Shown here piece after piece: positions 37,255 through 47,760 of a stretch of DNA of 64,000 bases. Below the pieces are notes generated by a model that made no database searches, was not told the DNA's origin, and worked only from the letters and a program-made list of their open reading frames with translations. How positions within the stretch are numbered: the first letter of the stretch is position 1; every line of letters begins with the position of its first letter. This stretch comes from Felis catus (Eukaryota), in NCBI RefSeq assembly GCF_018350175.1, contig NC_058368.1, positions 238,702,001 to 238,766,000 of the forward strand. The letters are read 5' to 3'. The position numbers and the translations under genes are program-made.

Positions 37255-37500
37255 CTTCAGGCTGGGGCTGCGGGCTGGGGGCTGCAGGTTGGGGACTGCA
37301 GGCTAGGGCTGGGGGCTGGGGGCTGCGGGCTAGGGGCTGCAAGTTGGGGACTGCAGGCTGGGGCTGGGGGCTGAGGGCTGGGGGCTGGGGGCTGGGGGCT
37401 GGGGGCTGAGGGCTGGGGGCTGAGGGCTGGGGGCTGGGGGCTGAGGGTTGGGGGCTGGGGGCTGGGGGCTGGGGACTGCAGGCTGGGGGCTGAGGGCTCA
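37255..37500. repeat. (GGGGGCT/GAGGGCT)n heptamer tandem repeat
   Basis: Direct inspection; purest at 37360-37470. Confidence 0.93.
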
Positions 37501-39610
37501 GGCCAGAGTGTGTGGAGAGGAGGGTGAGCTCTGGGGAGCACAGTGGAAGGTGCTGGAAGGAGGGCTGGCTGTCCAGGCCCCAGATGACAGAGAAGGAAGG
37601 ACTGAGGAGCTGCCTGCAGGGGTCCCTCTGGAGGATCAAGCTGAGGCAGAGAGAAGGTAAGGAGAGCCACCCTGGGCCTCCCCTGCCCCTGAGCTCCTGC
37701 AAGAGGCCAAGTCCCAGAAGGACACAGGCTTGGGACCCGAGACCCACGGTTACAGGCGGGCCCACGTCTAGGGAGGGTCCTGCCATCACGGCGGGGGCTC
37801 GGGGACGAAGTCTGGTGGCCTCACCTTCCCGACGGCAGGGAAGGCTACTGAGTCCTGGCCGTGCTCGGAATCCGAGTCCTCCGAGAAGCTTTAGCGGCCG
37901 CGCTAACATAATGTCCAGGGTCAGTTTTGGTGTTAAAACTGGTATGTGGCTTCCCTTCTCTGATTCAGACCGAGTTATACTCTCCTCGGAGGACATCGCA
38001 GAATGAAAGGAAAACAGATCCTTCCAGTTCCGGCTGCTATGGGCTGCCCAGCGCCACGGGCAAACTCCAGCTAGCACAGCAGGCGGGACAGAAGGGACCC
38101 AGTGTGACTGGAGCGGAGACAAAGGCTGCCGGCGGGGCCCCCGAGGCTGCAGGGGTGGCACAGGACACAGGTGGGGCCCCTGTGAGGACCTGCGTCCAGT
38201 CTCAGCCGGGCTTCTCAGCAGAGGGGCAGCCCCCGCGAGGGTCCTGACACAAGCCAGCTCTCCGTTCCGACAGGTCACTGTCACACACGGTGGAGCGTCC
38301 AGAACGATGGCTCTGGCCTCACGTGGAAATTGGACGGTGCGGCTCTCCCGTTGAAGGCGAGTGACCCCACGCTCCGGGTACCTGCACCTGGGGTCAAGTT
38401 GTACAAATGAGGCGGCACTGAGCCCGTGAAGGCCCATGGTCTCCCTGCGGAGCACCAGCCCAGCCCCTGGGAGGGCCTGAAGGTTCCAGGCCCGGGTCTT
38501 AAAAGGCCTCCCAAAAGCTGACGTGTGAGTAGACACCTGAAGGCGGGAAGGCGGTGAGCCGAGCTGTGCGGATGGGCTTCCAGGCAGAGGGCAGCACGTG
38601 CAAAGGCCCTAGGGCAGGACCAGGGAGGAGGCAGGGGCAGAGTGGGTGCCCCTGAGCAAGGTCAGAGGTGAGACGCAGGGAGGGGTGTCAGCCTCTCAGA
38701 TCTTCCTCCCTGAGGAGGTGCTGGCATCAGCCCTGTGTCCCCAAAGCCCCTTCAGCTCCGAGGTGGAGGGCGGGTCGCAGATGTGTGTGGGCGACGGGGC
38801 GTGGGGAGCAGGTCACAGCAGAGGCGGGGAGAAACGGCTGATTCTAACCCTCAACATCAAGAGCCTGAGTTGACGGGTTTCCCGAGGAACAGGGTGAAGG
38901 TGGGACAGGCGGGGGGACAGGGCCTGCTCGCTGGCATGGAGAGAAGGAGGAGCCTGCGTCCTGCGGGTGGTCTGGCTGGAGAGTGTCCTTGCCACCTGGG
39001 GACGCTGGTGCCTGTGGATGCATAGCGCCCTCAGGGTCTGCCCGGCCCAGGGGCTTGCTGGCCTGCGGGGGGGGGGGGGTTCCTGAGGTCTCCCTCCTCG
39101 AGCTACAGCTCCACACCCCTGACTTGGCCCCAAGTCAACGCCAGCTGTTCCGGGTGCAAAGCGACTGTGTCACGGTCCCTTTAACAGACCCTCCGGGAGG
39201 GCCCACCTGCCAGCCGCCCTCCCTTCCAGGCTGGCCGCGGAAGAACCTAAAGCTGACCCAGATGGGGCCAACCAGGGATCTGGGGAGCACGACTGCTGTG
39301 CCTCAGCAGCCGAGAGCTTGTCTTGACACCAGAGGCCTGTCTGTGTGTGCCCAGCACTGCTCAGTGTTCCTGCTCAGAGAACGCGAGTCTAGAGGTTCGT
39401 TCTGGGATCAGCAAATCCCGAAACAGCTATGCAGCTGTGGCTCAGAGTGGACGCTCTCGGGTCGGCCTCAGAACAAGGGCCTCCGCTGACGCGTTAGTGT
39501 GAAGGCCGCACCAGCCTCGACGGGAAGCTTTGCTACCCACGCTGCTGCTAGTCCCTTTTAGGCCAAACAACGAGGAAAGCAGCGCGTTCCAACCTGGCAC
39601 GTCGTGGAGC

Positions 39611-40020
39611 TGTACCGGGCGGAACGGTGCCTCCCGGAACCCGCGTCTCCCTGGAACCTCGGATCGAGACCTTATTGGAGAACACGGTCTTTGCACATGT
39701 CGTCTGTTAAGATGGGATCGTGCTGGATCTGGGCAGACTCTAACCAGTGGCTGGTGTCCTTGTAGGAAGAGGAGGGGACACACAGAGACACGGAAAAAGG
39801 CCACATGCGGACCTGGGAAGGGATGGGGCTGTTGCGGCCACAAGCCCAGGGACACCGGCTGCCCCCGGAGCTGGAGGAGACCAGGAAGGACCGTCCCGCA
39901 GAGCCATCAGGGAGGCACAGCGCCGCTGACAGCCTGGTTTCGGACTCCCCCCCTCCCACCCCGAACCAGCACAGAATAAATGTCCGCGGTTTTAGGCAGT
40001 TTGATACAGCAGCCAATATG
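39611..40020 (+). mobile_element. MLT1-type solo LTR
   Basis: gaccttattggagaacacggtctttgcacatg, gtgtccttgtaggaagagg, ggagctggaggagaccaggaagg, agaataaatgtcc motifs. Confidence 0.75.
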
Positions 40021-40071
40021 GGTAGCCCGAGGCTGCTTTTTCATATGATTATTTTAAAATACTTAATTCTA

Positions 40072-40294
40072 GGGTGCCTGCGCGGCTCAGACGGTTGAGC
40101 TTCTGACTCTTGGTTTCGACTCAGGCCATGACCCCACAGCTTGTGGGATCGAGCCCCAAGTGGGCTCTGTGCTGACAGCGTGGACCCTGATTGGGATTCT
40201 CTCTCTCTCCCTCTCTCTCTGCCCCTCCCTGCTCACTCGCTCGCTCCTTCTCAAAAATAAATAAGTAGACTTCAAAAAATAAAATAAATAAAAG
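40072..40294 (+). mobile_element. Older carnivore SINE
   Basis: TSD aaaatactt(a/c)attcta at 40056-40071 and 40295-40310. Confidence 0.93.
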
Positions 40295-42279
40295 AAAATA
40301 CTTCATTCTAAGCCATTCCCAGCACGTGCTTACATTGATCAGCTATCCATCGACTCCGGAAAGATGTGGAACCCGGCGCCCGGTGCCCACACAAGACCGG
40401 GGGTCCAACTTCCTTCAGGAAGAACCACCCACACCCTCCTGCTGGGATCAGGGGCTGATCTGCTCCAAACTTCACCTGGGGACCCAGGGACCCCACAGCA
40501 GTGGGCTGGCCCCTCCTGGGTTAAGCACACACATGTGGGCGTCCCCAAGGACCAAGAGATGCCGCACCCTGAGATGGTCAGGGCCCGCTGGGCCTCCCCA
40601 CAGGCCAGCGAGCCTCCAGCAGGCCTGAGAGAAAAGGAACAGGAGAGGCAGTGGGAGAGAAGGGGGCGCAGGAGGGGCCGAGGGGGGTTTCCCTGAGAAG
40701 AACGGGGGCAGCCGGGCCCCTCAGATGCTTACACGGGAGCCCACGAGTGCAGGGGAAGGAAATCGGTGCTCGGACGTGGGTGTGTTCACCTCACACTCCT
40801 CTCTGGGCCCCAGACTCTGTCCCCGGCTGGCCCATCCGGCGGCCCCATGGCTCCACACGGCAGCGTGGACACTCGGGGTTGACACTCGGGGCTTCGCTCA
40901 GCAGCGAGACGGGCGTGTGGCCCGCGGGCCGCTGTGGGTCCTGCCTTCCCTTCGTGCGGAGACCCCGGCACGGCGCTCCCAGCGCGGGGACCGCCCTGGT
41001 GCTTCTCTGAAGCTCCCCGAGGGCGCCTGTGGATGAGGAGGCTCCACGCTCCCTCAAGCCGCCGCCCATGAGGACACAAGCCGTCACAAGTTCGCCTGTC
41101 CCCGGGGCGGGCGGCCGCACCTGCCATGTCTCCCGCAGCTTGCTGGGAGCTTCTCGGGAGACCAGCAGCCCCGGGAAGTGCCTCTGCGACCACGGTCCAG
41201 CACGGGGGACAGGCTCTGCCGGCCAGACCCCGGCCCACCGCGGCCAACACGGAGGGGTCCTCTGCCCTGGCCCCCGGCCTCGCCTGGTCCTCACCTGCCA
41301 CCCCGAGCTGTCCCCACCTGGAACCACCACCCTGCCGCCCGAAGGCTGTGCCCCCGCTTTAGAAACAGCACCGTCAAGTGCTTCTGGTGCTGCTGCCCTC
41401 GTTCCTGGTAACGCCCTGCATGTACGACCCGAGGGACCCCCTTCCGGGGTCCTCTGGGCGGCACTTGCCAGCACCCCCACGTCACGCGGCACAGCCTGGC
41501 CCCGCGGGGGGCACTTGGCAGAGGAGACAGGTCCTGCCAATGTCAAACCGTAGCATCTCCCAGAAGCAACAAGGAAGACCGTTCCAGACCTGGACACAGG
41601 CGGTCCAGCTGCCCAGAAAATGCTAATATTTACAAGAGTGTTTTAGACGTGCGCTAAGTAGGCACCAGGGGCCAGCATGGTGCACGGACGTTAAATGGGG
41701 GAAAACCGACCTCATTTCCTTTATTTTGGGGGAAGAGGGGGACAGGTGACAGGAGGTGGGCACACACTTAATTTCCACCAGGTGTTCGCCACAGTTCTGG
41801 TGACCACACAGGGCAGCTCGGTCGGCACGGAACCACTGACCAACTGCAGAAAAGGCGCGTGTCCCCCCCGGTCGCGCTGAACACTCCAGCTGGCCTTCCC
41901 CGGGCACCCCTGGGGGGCAGGGCCAAGAACAGAGCTGGACGGCGCAGAGCAGAAGGGAGCAGGACGCCAAGCCGTAAACAGGAGGAACGTAGGACCCGAC
42001 CCCCAAATGTCTCTGACCGAGCAGTTTCCAGGGTCCGAGCCCGTGCTGGGCAAGAGCCGCCCAGGCTACGTTCAGGGACGCGGTGGCTGCAAGGACACCA
42101 GTGCTGGAGTGAGGTACACCTGGGCCAGTGGGTCAGCCTGAGGCTGGTGCCAAAGGCTCACATCCCCGCGGCCAAATGAGGGAGACACAGTAGAAGCCAC
42201 GCTGTTGTTTCAAAGCTAAAATGTCTTTCAGGTCATTCTGCTCTTCCTGTACCCTGGTGTTAAGACACCTGCTTCTACC

Positions 42280-42620
42280 AGTCAGCTTGGGCGACTCGAA
42301 CAGCACACGCTGGGGGCTTGTAAAGACACTCAGTTCTCACACTTTGGACACCGGAACCCCAAGGTCGAGGTGGGGGCAGGTTCCGTGTCTGGTGAGGCCT
42401 CTCTCTGATCCTTAGATGGTGTTTCCTCGAGTGTCCTCCCACAGCAGATGGGACAGGGACCTACCTCTGTGGGGCCACTTCTAAGGGGCTAACGCTGTCA
42501 TGGGCACTCTGTCCACATGACCTGAGCACCTCCCAAAGCCCCCACCGCCTGCCACCATCACCCCAGGGCCAAGCTTCAACAAACAGACTTTGGAGGAACG
42601 CAAACATTCAGATCACAGCG
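42280..42620 (-). mobile_element. MLT1A-like LTR relic
   Basis: gtgtctggtgaggcctctct, catgacctgagcacctcccaaagccccc, caaacattcagatcacagc motifs. Confidence 0.7.
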
Positions 42621-43831
42621 GAGCCTAGAGGGCCCTTCCGGGACCCGTTGTCCTGGAGGGCCACCCCGGGACCCGTGGGCCTGGAGGGCCATTCCAGTCC
42701 CAGTCCCGTGTTCTCATCGGCAACAGCGTGTTCTCTGCAAGCCCCGTGGCCCAGCAGAAGCAGGCCGCTTGGTGCTGGGACTGCCCCGTGTGTCACCGCC
42801 ACGTTCCCAACGAGTGAGTGAGCTTGCCCAGAGACCTCCTGAGTGCACAGAGCCAGGCCCTGCGCCCACGCCCCCAGGCCTGACCTCGATGTGAAGTTAC
42901 AGGCAGGCGACGTTTGACTGACCACATGCAGGACGGCCGAGCCTTGACGAGGCTCCAGCCCCTTACTGGCACCTCTCTCTGACGAGGGGGAAAAGGCAGA
43001 AACCAGCAGTGCTGTCTGGTCCCCTGCATGGAGGGGCACACGTCCATCCAGCGTTATTACGAGGTACCCAGAAAATGCCCTCAGGTGCATTCCCTACTTC
43101 ACGGCACTCCCAGAGAGCACGAACGTGACTCCAGGGTGTCTCCTTTTCGGGATACATCTGAGCCCTTTCTCAGGACCCCGCTGCACAAGTGTCTAAACAG
43201 ACGTGGAATTTTATTTAGCAACAGCCAGAAGAACGTCCTTCAAAGAAGGGAGCTGATGCACTCTGCCTGCCGTGGACTTTGGGGGTGTGGGGGCAGGCAG
43301 GACAGGGGCAGGGGCCTCGGCCACCTGGGGTGGCCCTCTACAGAGACCCAGTTCACGCCGATGCTGGGACCACCTTCTGCTTGACAAACTGTGGGTCTAC
43401 TTTACTCAAGGTCCCCCGGTACCCCAGGCAGGGGCCGTTCTCTGCTTCTAGACCCCACACCTTTCAAACCCACTCTGCCCGACGGCTGGGTCTTGAGCCC
43501 ACAGTCGGGGCCCCTGGCTGCGCATCTGGAGCCTGCCTTTCCCATGAGCCTCCCTGCAGGCCAGTGGCCACCCACCCCACAGACGGGAGGGGCGGTGGTC
43601 TCAAACCCCAGTGCAAACCATTGACCCTAAAGCACCTTGATGCCCAGCCCCCGCCCCCAACGCCTCCAGCTGGGATCCTGAAGCCCTGGTGCCACAAGAC
43701 CCCAGCCTGGGACTCAGAGGCTGGGCAGGGACGGGCTCTGGGCCCAGCTGGGGTCACCCCGGCGGCGGGCCACCTCGCAGGTCCGGACCAGGGGTCACAA
43801 CTCTGGCGCCCGCTCCCCGGCCCGCGCCTAC

Positions 43832-43911
43832 CTGCTTGCCGCCGACGCGCCGCTCTGCCTCCTCCGTGCCTTTGTGGCGACTCGCGTACGCGGACACCGC
43901 GAAGCTGTCCC
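43832..43911 (-). CDS. NKD2: NKD2 coding exon (GDSFAVSAYASRHKGTEEAERRVGGKQ)
   Basis: cag|GG, CAG|gtagg, 80 nt. Confidence 0.94.
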
Positions 43912-44182
43912 CTGCGGCCGCGCGAGCGGACGGAAAACGAGGCACCGAGGAGGAAGGAGACGCGCGTCAGCCCCTGAGCCCCGAGCCCCGAGCCGGGTTC
44001 CCGCCCGGCGCGCCCACCCCATCCCCGCGCGCCCCGGGGCTCGGGGCTCAGGGGCTGGGGTCGGGGTGGCGGAGGGGGGGGGGGGACCTACGCGCTCCCG
44101 GAGCCCCCGCGGCGGCGTCCCCGCACCCCGCGGGCTCTGGGCTCGGGGTCCCGGCCGGTGGCAGCCGCGCGCGCGCGCTCAC

Positions 44183-44288
44183 CTTCGGGGCTCTCTCTCT
44201 GGGGCGCGGCGGCGCGGCCGGGGCGCGGGGGGCCGCGGGGGGCCGGTGAGTGGCCTCGCTCGCCGCGCTTGGACTGACACTTCCCCAT
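44183..44288 (-). CDS. NKD2: NKD2 first coding segment (MGKCQSKR-GERGHSPAPRGPPRP-GRAAAPQRESPEG); ancestral exons 1 and 2 joined by a 45-nt in-frame relic
   Basis: ATG in GGCATGG context, G|gtgag donor at 44182; no canonical GT-AG pair inside. Confidence 0.75.
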
Positions 44289-44948
44289 GCCGCCCGGGGC
44301 CCCGCGCTCAGGGGCGGGGCGGGCGTCCGCGGGGGGGCGCGTGCACCGGGCACCGGGGTGGGGTGGGGGGGGGGAAACGCGGACGGAGAGGCGACGACGG
44401 CGGCCCGGCGCCCTCTGAGAGCGCGCGCCCGCCCGCGCCCGGGCTTTAAGCGCGGCCCCCGCAGCGCCCCCCGCGGCGGCCGACCGCAGCGCATCGCGGC
44501 CCGCCCGCCGCCTCCGCCAGGGAGCCCTCGAAGGGGCGCGTGCCGCGTGGGGACGTGGCGGACGGCGTCCGCTAGCGCGAGGCCCTGGGACCAGCAGCCA
44601 CGAGGGTGGGCAGGGCCCTCCGTGGACCGGCGGTCCTGTGCGGACTCTACGGAGGGCAGCTCCAGACCCCTCACCAGGCCATCCCCGGTCGGGACACCCG
44701 TTCAAGGGGAGCCAGGAGGACCCCCGTTCGCAGGGGAGGACCCTGGAGCACCACCCCGGGGCACCGTAGCTGGCGGGGGCGGGCTTTGGCGTAGGGGGGG
44801 GGGGCAGGAGGCTCTGGGGCGGGACTTTGGAGAGAGGTCTGAGGAGAGCAGGACCACTCAGTCCGGGCCTGGCTCCTGTGAACCCGCGGGCTTCTTCCCC
44901 AAAGCTCCGGCCCCAGACCCCGCCTCACGTTAATCAAGGACAAGGAAA

Positions 44949-45165
44949 GGGGCGCCTGGGTGGCTCAATCAGTTAAGTGTCCGACTTCGGCTCAGGTCAT
45001 GATCTCACAGTTTGTGGGTTTGAGCCCCCCATCGGGCTCCACGCTGACAAACAGCTCAGAGCCTGGAGTCTGCTGCGGATTCTGTGTCTCCCTCTCTCTC
45101 TGCCCCTCCCCCACTCATGTTCTGTCTCTATCAAAGAATGAATAAACGTTAGAAAAGTTTTTCAA
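44949..45165 (+). mobile_element. Carnivore SINE just upstream of the NKD2 CpG island
   Basis: TSD aat(c/a)aaggacaaggaa at 44932-44947 and 45166-45181. Confidence 0.94.
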
Positions 45166-46809
45166 AATAAAGGACAAGGAAGGAGCTGCCTTGGAGGGAC
45201 ACACCCTCACCCTTCTCCTCTGGCCTTGGCTGCAGCAGAACCTTCCCTGGACTTCTGGGCAATGGTGGAGGGTGTCAGCTGGCCCTGGGGGGCCCCAGGC
45301 ACCCTGCACCCCAGGTCAGCAGCACTCGCTCCCTCCACGTGAGGCACAGGGCCACCTGCACACCTTTCCTCCACTCCGCCTCCTTCCCGGAATCATCCAG
45401 CTGCAGTGCTGGCCCCTCCCCCAGTGCCCAGCCCCTCAGCACCCCCTCTGTTCCTTCCCTGCAGCCCTCACCCTGGGAGGACTCCTCCTCCCCTCACCCT
45501 CTTCACTTGCCTCCAGAAAAACCATCCTCTCTCACCTCTGCCCTGGCCTGGAGCTCGCTACTCCCACACAACTTCCCCCTCGTTTTGACTCAACCTTCCT
45601 TGCCCACTGAGCACTGGTTTCAGCTCAGCAGGTGCCTGTAACCCCATGGTCATTCCCACATTTCTGATCTCCGTGGATGTCCTCACCATGGCCCCGTTCG
45701 AGCTCTGAGTGTCGGAGATGGGCTGCCGTGCCCAAGGTCACTCACCTGCCCGGGTCTGGCCCACGTCCTCAAGGGAGCTAGGCTTCCCCAGCTCACCACT
45801 GTAGCTCCCGCCGCTGCCTGGGTCTTCCCTACCCCTCACCCCTGGGATGACTCTCACTGATGGGCTGGCATCCGGCCGAGCCTGAGTGGATGCGTTACAC
45901 GCACTGGTGTCCCCTTCTCAGCCATCAGGGCAGGTGCTGTGCCCCCTTTTACAGCAGCCCTCAGTGCACAGAACTGTGGATTGTGCCACAGTCCTGCTCC
46001 TGACCCTGGCAGACCTCTGCACCTGCCGTCAACCAGGCCCCGGGCAGCACACGGGGCGTGAACCCCGGCCACGGGCAGTGCGCGGCCTTGGCGGCCAGCC
46101 GTTCCCACCATCCGTGCCGCAGAGCAGGCCACCGTGTGTAAGCAGTGCAGGGCAGGGGCCTCGCCTCCGCCTGTGGATCAGGGCCTTCCACGTGGCGCCC
46201 AGCCCCAGTTCCAGGCCCCTCTACCTGTGGGCAGCCCTCCCAGGCTCTTCCCGTCCCTCCTCGGCCTCCCACCCACCCATTCAGCTTTTAGCCCCCAACT
46301 CAGAGTGGGCCGACGGGCCGTCTTCTGTACCGATGACTGCGTTTGCAGCAACGACACCGGCACGCAAAGCGGCAGCTTGGAGATTGAAGCCCGTGCAGAC
46401 ACGTGTGTTTAGGTCCGTCACCAGACACCGGCTCGAGGACAGGTGTGTGCAGACCTGCTCCCACCATCGTGTGCAGACCTGTGCCCGTGTGCTCCCACGG
46501 GGAGGATGGCTGGGGTGCTGTCAGGGACTGTGGAGTCTCACGTCTTTGTTGAGGGCAAGAGGGTGGGCGTGTGTCCTGGGAAGACGGGGAATGAGCTGCC
46601 CCCCGAACCGGTCCCACACTGTGCCGTGCTCCGCTGCTCTCCTCCGCCTCCCCGAGGTGGCCCCGGGCCACTGGAGCCACCCCTGAGGCCCGGCCCTGCT
46701 CTGGCCGGCATCTGACATCACCTCCACTTTGCCACACAGAGAGAGCAGGGTCGCGAAGAGGAAATGCCACGCGTGCTCCACGCTGACCTGGTTTACGTGG
46801 CGAAGGTTT

Positions 46810-47760
46810 TCCATTTCTTCTTTAACAGCTTTATCGAGACGTGATTCACAGGCCCCACAACCACCTGCTCGCAGTAGACAATTGAACGAGTTTTAGTATA
46901 TTCATAGACACGTGCCGGCATCACCAGACAATTTTAGAACATTTTCATCACCTCATAAAGAAACCCGTGCCCTTAGCTCTCACCCCCAATCTCCCCACCA
47001 ACCTCCTGCCCCAGGGAGCCACTGTCTGCTTTCTGTCCGTGGATCTCACCGTTCTGGACACGTTGTGTGAACAGAATCACACGACGTGTGGCCTGTCACG
47101 TAACGTGATATGTCCAGGGTGCCCCTGTCTTGCACCCGCGTCAGTACTGTGCTCCATTTTATGCCGGAACAACATTCTGTTGTGTGGGGGACCCCGTTTT
47201 GCTTAGGACGTTTGTGTTGTTTCCACTTTCTGGCTGCTGTGAGGGCCCATGCACAAGCCCAGTGTGGAGGGTGTGTCCAGTTCTCTTGGGAGACACCTGG
47301 GAGTAACCGGGGGCCACGTGGCACCTCTGTTAACCTCGAGAGGAACCACCTCACCGTGGGCCCCACCGGCCACGCCGGACACTCCCGTGTCCCCCCCACG
47401 CTCGTTCCCGCCTGACTTCGTGATTCCGGCCAGCCCGGCACGTGCGGTGGTGCCTACACCGCGGGGTTGCATTTCTGTGATGACCAACGATGTCAAGCAT
47501 GGTTTCGGGTGCTGGGTGCCTGCTTGCGTGCCTTGCCGACGCGTCTGCTCAGATCCTTGGCCCTTCTGCGGCGCAAAAGTTCTCATGCACTGTGGATGCG
47601 AGTCCCGTATCAAATACACGATTTGCTGAGATTTTCCCTGCTCTGTGGCTTGTCTTTTCACTGTCCTTTGAAGCACAGTTTTCGATTTTGATGTAAAATC
47701 CAATGTATTTCCTTTACTTTCTGCTGGTCCTGCATTACACGATGCCCTCCGAACGCCTTG
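46810..47760 (-). mobile_element. Ancient L1M 3' fragment
   Basis: aacagctttatcgagac, ttttagtatattcatag, attttagaacattttcatcacc, ttgcatttctgtgatgaccaacgatgtcaagcat motifs. Confidence 0.8.

Larger units (their letters stand above)
22460..44288 (-). other. NKD2: Coding span of naked cuticle homolog 2 (Wnt/Dishevelled antagonist)
   Basis: MGK.QSK myristoylation start, EF-hand region, VDENTERRNHYLDLAGIENYTSKFG motif, His-rich C-terminus; exons join into 1371 nt (456 aa + stop) if 44183-44288 is one exon. Confidence 0.95.
43800..44660 (-). promoter_or_regulatory. NKD2: CpG island / NKD2 promoter with GC boxes and TATA-like TTAAA (44445-44449, minus strand)
   Basis: Very dense CpG, GGGGCGGGGC boxes near 44311-44324, surrounds start codon. 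Confidence 0.85.

Noticed and set aside
37886..37902. Adjacent HindIII and NotI sites suggesting vector sequence
   Set aside because: No further polylinker or vector context; plausible by chance in GC-rich DNA.
37244..38536. 430-aa minus-strand ORF
   Set aside because: Intronic GC-rich sequence ending in the heptamer repeat; no recognisable domain; GTG start.
22460..44288. NKD2 as a pseudogene
   Set aside because: No frameshift or premature stop; all other splice sites canonical; CpG island intact.
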